Below the pieces are notes generated by a model. It searched no databases. It had not been told where the DNA came from and saw only the letters and a list, made by a program, of their open reading frames with translations. A stretch of 63,980 bases of DNA, the filler included, from Kipferlia bialata (lineage: Eukaryota), in assembly GCA_003568945.1 (NCBI GenBank). It is 4 parts of 4 records of this genome, joined end to end, with 100 filler letters (N's around TTAATTAATTAA, not from the genome) between each part and the next. Parts side by side here need not be neighbours in the genome. Positions count along the whole stretch, not along the records: positions 22,696 to 45,217 come from BDIP01000292.1; 3 more parts are not named here. The stretch is one strand, 5' to 3'. Within the stretch, counting starts at the first letter, position 1, and the number at the start of each line of letters is the position of its first letter. Below are positions 26,427 to 39,129 of this stretch, piece by piece. The position numbers and the translations under genes are program-made.

Positions 26427-28136
26427 ATGGGTTGTCACGGACACATTCACGGCAGGTACAATACTGTACAGTGGGTAGTATGGTCAAAACATCATCTATG
26501 CCTATATGGGAGGAGTGGGGGAGCTGCCAATACGTCGTGTAGTCTTTCATTCTCACGTTCACCCTCAGCCATTACCGCCCCACCTACCACCCAGTCTACC
26601 ACACCTGCCGCACTCACACCCGGTATGTGAGTGATCCTCTCAATCATTCGTGGATTTGTTGACGTCTACCAGTACCGCCCTGGCAGTTGTTGTACTTCAA
26701 GTACTACATCATCTCTCACCCAGATACCCCTGTACCACTTGCCACGACCATCCCCACTCCGTGGTATGCAGGTGATCTTCGGACAATACTCAAATGTTCA
26801 TTCTGCTTGTGACAAGGGCACTGCTCTACTATCAGTCCCTTAGCTTCTGCAACAGTTACCTCACCCCAGGTTCCCTAACCCATGTCCCACCTGCTACCCC
26901 CAAGCATATGAGCACTACTCCCACCAGCCAGGTACCCAATAGTCCCTATACTGTTACTGTACATAAAGCTAGACTAGCGGAGCTCCGAACATAGTATGTT
27001 AAATACCACTTATACACCTGGCAGCTCTATTATTCACAGTCTCAGCCTCATCACTATTGTCTGACCCTCAGCCATCTGTCCCACCTGTGGTGAGTACCAG
27101 TCTCAGGATGCATACCCGAGGCCCTATCCCCACACCTGCATGAGACCATACTACATACCCGAGCACTACCGGGGAGACTCAGGTGGGAGATATGGACACT
27201 ATACAGTAGATCTCTTACACATGCATGAAGGAAGGAAGATGGCAACTATGCAGTGATCACAACTAACAATATTCACTTGCGTGTTCTAACCCCAGCCTGC
27301 TACCACTGTTCAGACACCCACTGCCCCTACCACCCAGGATACAGGGGTGACATACATGGTACGTATATATGTAGTGCCATACTAATACGATGAGGTGACA
27401 GATAGGATTATACTTTAGACACCCCACCCCACCCCAGTCCCCATGGGCCGTCCCCCCTGCCCCTACCGCCACACCCTGTACCCTGAAGAGTGCGAGGACA
27501 GAAGGAGGGTATGAGTATATATACTGCACTACACAGGACATCACGAGTGATGATTGATGACTTATATTCCTTCTAACCCCAGGGTCTGTGTCCCTGTGAG
27601 TACCGTCCCAGGTACCCAGGCATGAGAGAGATGGAGAGAGAGAGAGAGAGACCCAGGGACATAGGGGCAGAGAGGGGCAGAGAGACCCCCAGGGAGGTAT
27701 TCCCTCAGATACCCATTGAGAGGGAGAGGGAGAGACGGCCTATGGGTAGGGACATGCCCTACTACCCAAGACCATACGAGTCTGCAGTGTACCCACAGGT
27801 GTGGACTCTCAATTATATGTATCACCTATGGTACTAGGCTCAAGTCGAGAGTCTCAAATATATATGTCGTGTATAATGGGAGAGCAACCATATATTAATG
27901 TTAGTTTACTCACTTCTAGGACATGGCCCAGAGGCCAGGCAACAGGGGGTCATCAGGTGGGCTAGACACTATTTAGACATCTCAATCATATTGGACACTC
28001 ACATATCCATGTTCTCAGTGACTATCACATGATATTTGTGTATATGTGAATCGAGCCTCTCACATCAGGTCCAGACCAGACTATCCCGGTGAGGAACAAG
28101 GGGGAGAGAAGGAGGAGTGAGGATGAGAGAGAGTAG
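26427..28136 (+). CDS. Hypothetical Pro/Thr-rich multi-exon protein
   Basis: Series of short exons bounded by typical acceptors and donors. No recognisable domain, and boundaries are approximate. Confidence 0.4.
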
Positions 28137-28629
28137 CTGCCAGGAAGTGACTGGCTATTGACGTTTTGAAGCGTCTCAACATACATTTGTATCCTCCTGC
28201 GCTATAGACTAACCTACCACTTAGGTACAACTTATGAAGACACTAGAGGGGGTTGTAGGCAGTGTGTAGCTCTGAATTATGCAGTTACTACTACGATCGT
28301 GAGCCTTTTGACCAGAAGTGGGTCTCAAATTGAGAATCAATGAAAGATCTCAGAATATAACGTATGTTCACTTTTCTGCAAATGGCCATGATTCGTAATA
28401 TTTATGCCTACACCTGCTCTATTTCGCGTTGAAAATTGAATTTGCCCAAATATATAGACAACCTAACTGTTATATACTGTATATGTGAAAAATTGGGAAA
28501 ATATGAGCTCTATGTGTGACGTTAGAGGCACTAGAATGGGGGAACGCCAAAAGGGCTTGATTATTGAATCAATCGAGTGAAGCTGAGGTGTGCCAGACGC
28601 ACTCCTCTATACTCATTGTCACACATAAT

Positions 28630-31600
28630 ATGACTACCGGAGACAACACTAGACAGGCATACTTTGTAGGAGGTGGACTGGCCTCCCTTGCTGGAGCAGC
28701 ATACCTAATCAGAGGTATGGTTGGATGGGTTTGATATTGGCACATGTTGTCGGTAGGATATGGTGTACTCGGTCCATATATGGCATCATTCCCCCCAATT
28801 GCTGTCATGTATCTGCTATTTAGACACAAACGGCACTGCTTTCAGGGTAAATCCGTCTTCTCTCTTGTTATGCCATTGCTACACCCTCTACAACTTGTCA
28901 CTCATCATTTCAACCTAACCCCAGATTGCGGCTTCCCCGGTGCCAACATCCACATTCTGGAGGGCATGCACATCCTGGGAGGGTCCAACGACGGCATTGG
29001 CACACCGGAGGGTGGCTTTGTGTGCAGGGGAGGAAGGTGAGAGGGTGTCACTCAATATCGTCTATCTCTTAGTCTCTAGTAACCTGTGTGTTATCCCTGC
29101 TCATCCGTATCCTCACCCCCAGGATGCTCAACGAGGAGACGTACGAGAACTTCTGGGAGCTGTTCCGCTCCATTCCCTCCCTGGCCGACCCTGAGGTCTC
29201 TGTCACCGATGAGATCTTTGAGTTTGACCACGCCCACCCCACATGCGCCAAGGTGGGAGGGAGTCTACTACACTACTCTTCATACCTCCCTGGTTTCCCG
29301 TCTCACCGCTCTATACTGGTAACATACTGTCACCTGTAGTATAATACTACAGGTTTAGTGTTTTACTCGTCTCACCCCCAGGCCAGGTTGATCAACAAGG
29401 ACCAGAGCCTCATGGACGTGTCCACGATGGGATTCAACCAGAAGGACAGGAACAGGTACTGTTACATATATACTCTGATATATGATACTGAAGCTGATGC
29501 TTATATTGATGCTGACACCAATACTGATGTTCATATATTGATACTGATGCATATATTGATACTGATGTTCAGGATGCTCAAGCTCATGGTCACTAAGGAG
29601 ACCAAGCTGGACGACCTCACCATCCAGGACTGGTGAGTGGGTGTGCACTGATTATCCGCACTCATACTGTGTTGCTATCCCCTTGCTTGTCTTCTAATAG
29701 AAGATCTATGAATACTCAGCCTCCGTTGCTATTATTAACCTCACCCCTTAGGTTTGGTGCTGACAGCCACTTCTTCACCACCCAGTTCTGGTACATGTGG
29801 CAGGTGGGTATTAGAATACATATAGTGTATATCTAGAGTAAGTACCATATATATATAATATCTGGTACATGTGGCAGGTGGGTATTAGAATACATATATA
29901 GTGTATATCTAGAGTAAGTACCATATATATATTATATCTGGTACATGTGGCAGGTGGGTATTGGTAGTATATATAGAGAGTAAGTTCCATCTATATACCC
30001 TCTGGCAGGTATGGGTGGGTGTATATCACCTGTGCACTGTACTCGGCTATCTATCATATATACCTCTCTCCTCCACCCTCACCCCAGACCACCTTTGCCT
30101 TCCAGAAGTGGTCCTCCCTCTTTGAGTTCAGGAGGTACGCCTGATTGCCAAATACTCTCTCCACACCCGTATATGGGGGGCTGCCACCTCTCTCTCTCCA
30201 GGAGTAACTCTCACTATACCCCTTCCCTCCCGCCCACCACCAGGTACATGAACCGCATGATGTTCGAGTACTCCCGCATCGAGACCCTAGAGGGCGTGAC
30301 ACGTACCAAGCTCAACCAGGTAGTGTGTTGCATCTCCCATGTTATGCCAGTATCCAAACTAGCTCTTGTTCTCCCTCACTCCAGTACGACTCTGTGATTC
30401 TCCCCCTCAAGGCCTACCTCGACCAGCACGGCGTTGACTTCTCCGTCAAGTGCAGGGTGACCGATCTTGACTTTGCCGAGGGAGATGGCATCACTGTCAC
30501 TGGCATCCACATGGTCAGAGCAGATGCTGAGGAGGAGGAGACTATTACACTCAACGCTGGAGACATCTGCATTGCTACCAACGGGTGCATGACAGACAAC
30601 GCCTCCCTCGGAGACATGCACACTCCAGGTGGGGTTACTCATTGTGTAGAATACTATAGTACTCTATAATAGAGTAGAACTCAATTTTATGTCTAACCGC
30701 CAGCCCCCATGCAGGTCGGGGCCCCTATGTCCGGTGAGTTCTGGGCCAGGATAGCCGCTAAGAAGGAGGGACTTGGTAACCCAGCACCCTTCTTCAGCAA
30801 CCCAGAGGAGACTAACTGGGAGGTATGGGATTCAATTACTCTCATTTACACTGCACGATGTGTAAACTACACGGCCTCTGACCCCAGTCCTTCACTGTGA
30901 CATGCAGGGGCAGTGCCCTACTTGAGAGAATCGAGGCATTCTCTGGGAACGTGCCAGGCTCCGGTGCCCTCATGACCTTCAAGGTGGGTGTGTCTCTCTG
31001 TGTACAAGTATCTCTCATATACTATGTCTATATACTCTAGGAAATTTAATTGCTAACCTCCAGGATTCCAAGTGGCTCATGTCCATTGTCGTTGCCGGCC
31101 AGCCCCACTTTGCCAACCAGACCGAGGACGAGACCATCTTCTGGGGCTATGCTCTCAACACCGACGTGGAGGGAGACTTTGTGCACAAGGCCATGCGGGA
31201 CTGCACAGGTTGGTACCTTCACTCGTAAAGAGAGTATACGTAGAATAGATCAAGTATCTCTACTGGAGTGTATCCTAGTCTGACATCCCAGGAGAGGAGA
31301 TGCTGACTGAGCTCATGGGCCAGCTGGGGTGGACAGACGACCTCGATGCCATCAAGGTGAGTGGGTGCCCTATGTGTTCAATCTACAGAATATGGTGTAA
31401 CTCACCCCAGGCCGACGTCATCAACGTCATCCCCTGCATGATGCCCTACATCATATCCATGTTCCAGCCCAGGAAGATGGCAGACAGGCCTCAGGTATGA
31501 TTCTACTTACTATATCATATATGCTATAAACACTATAGCCTAATACTGATACATATACTGATACTGCAATATAGGTACATGTTCCAGCCAAGGAAGATGG

Positions 31601-31978
31601 CAGACATGCCCCAGGTCGGATACCATACAGCAGTACTAAGCAGGGGTATGTTTATATATATATAGTCACCTCTCACCCCCCAGGTTGTCCCTGCTGGTTC
31701 CACCAACTTTGGAATGGTCTCCCAGTTCGTGGAGCTTAAGGTACGGCAGGACGTAATGATCCGCATTATCTCTTTCAACACTAATAGTACTCCCTACACG
31801 ATGGTCTATCTAAACCCCTTAGGACGACATGGTGTTCACCGAGGAGTTCTCTGTGCGAGCTGCGAGGACTGCAGTCTACACCCTCATGGGAGTCACAGAC
31901 CACACTATCTGCCCCGTGACACCCCACTCCAAGACATTCAAGACAAAGTTGAACGCCGTCAAGACATCATACCGTTGA
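28630..31978 (+). CDS. ohyA: Oleate hydratase (myosin-cross-reactive antigen family), ~16 exons
   Basis: MTTGDNTRQAYFVGGGLASLAGAAYLIRD (FAD GxG motif), GGSNDG, RGGRML, YENFWELFRSIPS, FWYMWQTTFAFQKWSS, NQYDSVILPL, VPAGSTNFGMVSQFVE and DMVFTEEFSVRAA. ATG 28630, TGA 31976-31978. Confidence 0.95.
29787..30010 (+). repeat. ~75-nt tandem duplication spanning an exon end and donor site (3 copies plus a remnant)
   Basis: tctggtacatgtggcag|gtgggtatt at 29787, 29861 and 29937, with a remnant at 30001. Spacers are also homologous (gagtaagtaccatatata). Confidence 0.9.
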
Positions 31979-32299
31979 ACACAAACCAAGTACAATGCAG
32001 AATAGAAGTAATAGTACAACTGGTCTATGTTTATGTGTCTGCATACGTAACCTTCACGTGTCCTACCAGATATATGTACTGAGCTTGAAAGGTGATCCGT
32101 ATAGAGGCTTACTCATCTCCTCATTGAGTGGAGGATTGTCTGAAGCGTAGCCACAAGACTTGAACAAGCGATACCCCTAGTGTGAAAGAGGACACTAGCT
32201 ACATAATCAATTACCTCAGCGTACTTGTACCCACAGCGAACGTCAGAAATACTCTCGAAAAGCCACTATGGCATGAGGCTACAGAGCTCTAGAATTTCA

Positions 32300-33540
32300 C
32301 TTTACCTCGGTTGTTGTGACATGCCCCGCCATCAGTCTGTTCTGACACTGGCTGTATTCACCTACTCCGTGTGGCAGAACTGACAGTCCAAATGCCTCCA
32401 TCTGCTGAACAAGCAGTCTCCCAATACCCTTGTGCCTCCACTCCTAGTGTGTTGGATCTGATGTACATGATACATATCACTATGTTAATGAGAATATAAA
32501 TATATATACCTATATCTATATATCTACACCTTACCGTACCTTTGCCACCTCTACCATCTCTATGGTCGGCCCCACTCTGTTCATCTCTAGATTCTCGAGT
32601 GACATCCTCCCCTTGGCTATGAGTGTGCCCTTTGTAGGCCAGTGTGCCGTGTGTGGTACCACAATGGCTCTACGCTTGGTTGTTTTGTCCTCTATAGGAG
32701 GTGCCTTCAGGTTCCGAGACATCTCTGGATAGCCAGTGCACCATAGAGAGAACATGAACACACACTCTTTGGGCACTGACCCCGTAGGGGCACCTGTATG
32801 TTAAGTAGTAAGGATCCAATTCTAACATACATACAACGTGTCATATATCACACGAAACAGAAAGACAAATACGAACGTCTGATACCAGGATCTGAACACC
32901 CAACCTTACCTCCAGCCTCCACTACAAGTCTACCCTTCAGGTACCCCTTCTCGTATGGGATGGATAGACATGCAAGCTCTGTCTCTCTGTGGTCGATTCC
33001 ACCCATGTGTATATTAGTCTCGCATTCACACTCACTGTTGTGCAATACGGCATCCTCCATATCCTCCACCATTTTGGGTGAGGTAGGCCGGACGTGCACA
33101 CGAATCCAGGGCCTCTCGTGCTGAGAAAACTCTACAGTGCCGATTCGGGTATCGGTACTGATCTCGACCAGCTCACTCCGCCCCTCTTCCGTCATATCTC
33201 CCAGGCGCACCATATCACATGTCATGATACGCATGGTATGTGTGAAGTGTCTGTGCAGCATCAACGCAGACACCTCTCCACTATTGGGGTCAGCGTCGGC
33301 CCCGAGAACTCCCTCTGCCTTTCAATGAGAGAGAGAATACGTATCTTTGGTGCCAATTCAGGAATATCCCCTTATTAATTAGACTTACCTTTAGCTCGGC
33401 CAGCTCTTCCATCAGGTAGAGGGCAGGGGGCTCGCGGGAGTAGATCAGATATGTGACACACCCCTCTCTAGGGGTGGGGTGGGGGGTGGAGTACTCGGAG
33501 TGGTCCCAGTTGAGAGAGCCGAATGTGGCTGGGAGCTGAG
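32300..33540 (-). CDS. Hypothetical multi-exon protein
   Basis: Open minus-strand segments at 32531-32776, 32848-33273 and ~33390-33535 with donor and acceptor motifs. No domain recognised, and ends are uncertain. Confidence 0.4.
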
Positions 33541-33969
33541 GTGAGGTAAATGATAATTGTGGGGGAAAGGATGAGGAAGAGAGAGAGAGAGACTGCCAAT
33601 TTGGCAGTGCCAAAGGTGGCTGGGAGCTGGGGTGAGGTATCAGGGAACAAATACGCAATACAGAGACATTGGCACGGTAAGCACAATATGATATATCACA
33701 GACGTGTGTCAGATCACTGATTAATGTATGCAAGAGAGAGAGAGAGTGTGTGTGAGAGAGAGAGAGATGGCATGGGTGTCAGTCAGGAGGGGGATGTGGG
33801 GGGGGGGGGGCTGGAGAGGGGGAGGGACACTTCCGCGCATGAATACTCAATAATGACAGTTGTTTTACGCATCACTAATAGAATAACGGTACATCCAGAT
33901 ACAGGAACTAATACGCCTATATACCAATACAGTCCTATCAGGAAACATAAATACCCCATAATCCCATTC

Positions 33970-36164
33970 TATACCTTCAGTGTTGTGGGTGCCATCGCCC
34001 TCTTCGACGGTGGAGCACTTGGCTCTGGCATATGGGAGACAGCCTCGAAAGAGAGTAGGAGAGGATCAGCGATTCAAGCATCACATTCTGGACCCCTATT
34101 CATACTCCTTCCAAGACTCTTTGAATATACCCGTTACAGACACCAAGTTCACCGTCTCTTCTCTCTATTCACACTCTAGCGGCTGTGGATAGAGCCTGCC
34201 AAGAGGCACCCCCACCCACCACCACCAGTGTATATACTGTACACACATATGCATCTACTACCACACTGGGGCGTCGGGCTCTGTCCCAATGCCCGTGCCC
34301 CTGTCACCCTCAATGGCCTCCTCCTATAGGTGAGGGCATATAGATAGATATGTACACGTATGCATATAGCCTGTAGGTGTATGAACACACACACATCCAT
34401 ATATGAATACATATAGTCATATAGTAATATATGCAAATATGTATTTGTATACAATATTGTCTCCCTCAATGGCCTCCCCCTGAGAGTGAGTGTATATGTA
34501 AATACATACGTTAAATACATATGTATACATGAATATATCTACTAATAGAATAGAGTATATCACATACTCAGAATTTGATATACAAGTATAGTTGTCTACC
34601 CCACCTCACTCCCCTTCTCCGCCGACCATGACACCTCATCTCTGCTCTCCTCAGGCACCCCTATCTCTGGCTTGGCCCCCTCAGCATGCACCCTGTCTGC
34701 CTCCTTATGCTGCTCTGCCTTCCTGGCACCCTTGAGGGCCTTGCGCATGGCCACATACCTGGGGGGTCAGTTACAATATATAGTATACAGTATACAGTAT
34801 GTAGTATATTGTATATATAGTACGTTATAGTCCAGGCCCAAGTGTTGTATGTCACAGTGTGTATGTATGTGCATACCTAGCCACTGATCAGAGACCCACT
34901 CCACAGATGGTGAGGGCGGCACCGGATAATGAACATGTATATGTATGAATGTGTATGTGTGTAGTGTATCTACGAATATACATACCTAGCCACTGAGAGC
35001 AGCCCCACCCCACAGATGGTGAGTGCCGCCCCTGAGTAGAACATCAGAGGGTTGTTGGGTGACTCGATGTACATGATCATGGAGCCAATGACAGAGGACA
35101 TGAGCCAGGCAGTATACTGAGGTTAGAATATGATGTTATATACTATACACTATACATAGTATATGTATACATGATCATAGACCCGATGACAGAGGACATC
35201 AGCCAGGCAGTGTACTATTGGTCAGGATAGAAGTGAGACAATATATATATACTATATATACATATAGAATATATACAGAGGATATCAGCCAGGCAGTGTA
35301 CTTGGGGTGGGGACAATGACATGTATAGGCTTACGTACCTCTGCATAGTGGTATATAGCTATAGGAATATTTAGAACTACTATATATACACTGCTATGGC
35401 TACCTGACAGGGTATGATGAAGAGGGAGTCGAAGTACTTGAGGGCCAGGTTGAGTCCAACGACCTGGGGTGGGGGAGAGAGAGAGAGTATAATAGAGAGA
35501 AGATACACCATTATGACTGGAAGTGACTTTCTGACTGTGTACTTGGGAGAGTAAACACACATTTATGTATATACCGTGTCAGATGTATACATACATGTCC
35601 CACCTGCATGACTGCGGCCAGTCTCACCCCCCCTTACTGTATGCCATATATTCTTCATACAGTATATATACTCTGAATTCGATATAGTAAGTAGATGTAC
35701 CTGCATGACTGCTGCCAGTCCGACTCCAAGATAGAAAGCATCATATACTGTATATACTCAGTATTATAGCTGTATACATACATGTCCCACCTGCATGACT
35801 GCTGCCAGTCCCACTATATATATATATATCCCACTATATATATAGATATATACGTATGAAAAAATGCAACGAGAGAGAGAGAGAGTATCAGTATGCTGAC
35901 CTGCATGACTGCTGCCAGTCCCACCCCCCCTAGGATGATCCACATGGCAGGGTTGCCTGGGTGTCAAGGGAGTACTATCTCTGTGACAACATGTATTCTA
36001 TACACCATACTGTATGTATGTACAATACCCTATGTCACTATACTATATATATGACTACACCCTTACCTAGCTGCGAATCCCCTGCTAGAGTAGTCTTGAC
36101 CAGCTCTCCACTGGCCTTGCCCAACAGAGCAGTCTGAGACCCAATGGTGCCTGGGAGTCAGTAG

Positions 36165-36206
<42 letters not shown>

Positions 36207-36512
36207 CATATGTATAATATAGTTCTATATTGGCCTTGCGAAGCAGGGCAGTCTGAGACCCAATGGTGCCTGATGTTAAGGATGGTAGCAGTGCCGACAA
36301 CATAGTACATAAATGTACATGTATGCATATTGCTATTCATATACCACCCACCAATCAGTACACCCCACAGGATGGGTGCCACTATATACACCATAGGTAT
36401 GTATATATATATACATACACACACGCACATATATATACATTGGTATATAAAGATATACCCACCGATGAGCACACCCCACAGGATGGGTGCCACTATGAAC
36501 ACCATAGGTATG

Positions 36513-36562
<50 letters not shown>

Positions 36563-37267
36563 CATTGTTATATAAGGATATACCCACCGATCAGTACACC
36601 CCACAGGATGGGTGCCACTATGAACACCACCCTGTCTCTCATAGTGGGGGCCCTGCCATAAGTGCTGGGACTGTGTAAACAATCGCATTATTAATATATA
36701 TGAATATTATTAATATATATGAATGGGAAAGAATATATAGTTGCGCCTACCTTCCCTCCTCCTTGACAGGCTTAACGCTGTGCTTCTCCATGGACCTAGT
36801 GGTCAGAAACATATATATTGATATATATTCATATGTATCCGCTGTATTACCTCTCCATGGGCACAGGGTATAAGGGGTTAGAGATGTAGTATAGGCAGAG
36901 AGACATCACTAGATCGACTTCAACGCACTATAGCATTAAGAGGAGAGACTATATATGTATATGTATATATATATATTCATATATGGTCAGGGGTCAGGGA
37001 TGTAACATAGAGAGAGAGAGGCAGTACTGTATCGACGTTTACGCACTTCAGCATCATGAACACTACCGGCCATGTGATGAGGAGCACTCCCTCGAAGGCA
37101 AGGAACTGGGGTCAGGGGCGTCTTGTTATGATGCCAAAAGCATTCACTAGTAGTAGTATTGTATAGTGTAGTATAGTATAATATAGCAGTGTATACATAT
37201 GTACCTGTGGTCTGGCCATGAGGGCCAGGATCTGCTCCACACCATAGGGCACGTCCTGGGTCAGATA

Positions 37268-37304
<37 letters not shown>

Positions 37305-37407
37305 TTCCACACCATAGGGCACATCCTGGGTCAGAGGGAGAGAGATAGAGAGGTTATGACAGTGCCTGGGGGTGATGTATATATATATATATATATATAT
37401 ATTGAGA

Positions 37408-37441
<34 letters not shown>

Positions 37442-38872
37442 CAGAGAGAGGCAGAGAGAGAGAGAGAGATGATCAACACCTACATCATCTGACCCTGTCA
37501 GCACTGCCACGACTATATACCCACAACAATACTAGTATATGCAGTATACACTATACTATTCATGAATGCACTAACCTCGTGTGACCCTGCCAGCACAGCC
37601 ATGACGGCACCTGTGGCAACCACAGCCACGGCAAGGGCATCCAGGAAGCCAAACCTAGGTGTCAGGGAGTGATACATGATGATGATACTGAAATCCAAAT
37701 AATAGGCTGGTAATACAACAGTGGTAGTAGAATGATACTTATACTGATACGGCAAGGGCATCCAGGAAGCCAAACCTAGAGTGAGAAACAGTGGTGATAC
37801 ACATAAACCTATGCAGTGGCAGTATATAGAGACTGATGCTGACACAGCAAGGGCGTCCAGGAAGCCAAACCTAGACTGGTGAGACACATATACATAGGCA
37901 TTCGCATGTGCGATTGCATGTGCACCCATACCTCTCCCGGAGGAGCAGCGTAGCGAAGATGACATAAATACATACATGGATGCACACATAGATATATACT
38001 TACTTACACACATACATACCTCTCCCGGAGGAGCAGCGTGGCAAAGATGACATTGCTCACAAGGGATATGGAGCCTGGGTGAGATACAGAAGGTTGGGTG
38101 GATAGAATATCCTATTGAGGAGCACTCTCATTCAAAGACAAATATGTGTATATGTGAGTATGGGAGATGGAGCCTGGGTGAGAGAGTGGTAGGGAAGGGT
38201 AGATGGATAGATTCTATATCATATATATGAAGACATATGTGTATATATGTATATGGGAGATGGAGCATGGGTGAGAGAGTGGTGAGTGAGGGTGGAATGT
38301 GAAACAAAGCGATAGCGTATTGGTGATCAGAACTCGTATCGAAGCATACATACTCCCACTAGAAGTCTTGGAGACGTTATGCGAATAACACCACCACTCC
38401 ATACATGTGTAATGTAGGGCAACTATCATTAAGATGTATGGATGGTATGTATTGGTTATGTACCTAGCGGTGCCAGGACTGTCGGCGATGCGAAGGAGAG
38501 GGCCACGAAGTCACCAATGTTGCCAAGGATGAAGATACCAAGACCAAACAGCCAGGTGGGCTGTCTGCACAATGAGAGAGCTGTCTCTAGAGAGAAAGAG
38601 AGTATCAGTATCAGTATCAGTATCGAGAGTATTTGTATTCGAATAGTGTGTGACAAGGTGTCCCCCACCTGATCACTGCCTTCTGCTTCTCCTTGGGCAG
38701 GGCACTGTTCTTGTTGAGAGCCAGCTTCTGGACATTGATACCTAGCATGAGTCTGTTGTATCCGAGAGGCAGAAGACTATACTCGCTATGACACTATCTG
38801 TTTGTGTTACATACCAAGGTTCAGGGTGACACTACTAAAGCACGAGATTCCGACTCCCACAACCCAAGACAT
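33970..38872 (-). CDS. NIPA-family magnesium transporter (3' end approximate)
   Basis: MSWVVGVGISCFSSVTLNLGINVQKLAL..., QPTWLFGLGIFILGNIGDFVALSFASPTVLAPLGSISLVSNVIFA and LNLALKYFDSLFIIP are typical NIPA motifs. Confidence 0.87.
35600..36630 (-). repeat. Exon-end and donor echo arrays in NIPA introns
   Basis: acctgcatgactgc(t/g)gccagtc occurs 4 times (35602, 35699, 35789, 35899). caccccacaggatgggtgccactat occurs 3 times (36361, 36472, 36596). Confidence 0.88.
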
Positions 38873-39129
38873 ATTGCAGTGTCCCGAGTCGCAGCAGAGG
38901 GGTGTGATGGACAGACTGGCATTGCGAACCAGGACAGCGATAGAGAAGACCTCTGACTTTGCTTGTATTTTTTGAAATTGAGGGATAAGCTTGGCACAAA
39001 CACGATTGAATGAGGGTGCAGTCTCACTATTCAGCTCTTGCAGGCCTGGCACTGCCTTCAAGCAGTGCTTTGAAGGCTACTGGTGCATAGAAGAGTAGTT
39101 GGGTGTACCAGGACGGTACTTGCCTTCCA

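Noticed and set aside
6011..31978. ArsP, dNK and oleate hydratase as a bacterial contaminant or single transferred island
   Set aside because: All carry host-type introns, and they are separated by eukaryotic genes and by assembly joins.
35600..36630. Repeat-spacer arrays resembling CRISPR
   Set aside because: The repeats are copies of adjacent exon ends, spacers are low-complexity and variable in length, there are no cas genes, and the context is eukaryotic.
36158..36688. Many ORF-track entries rich in [12 protein letters not shown] or ERER
   Set aside because: They are read-through of intronic dinucleotide microsatellites or antisense shadows of real exons.
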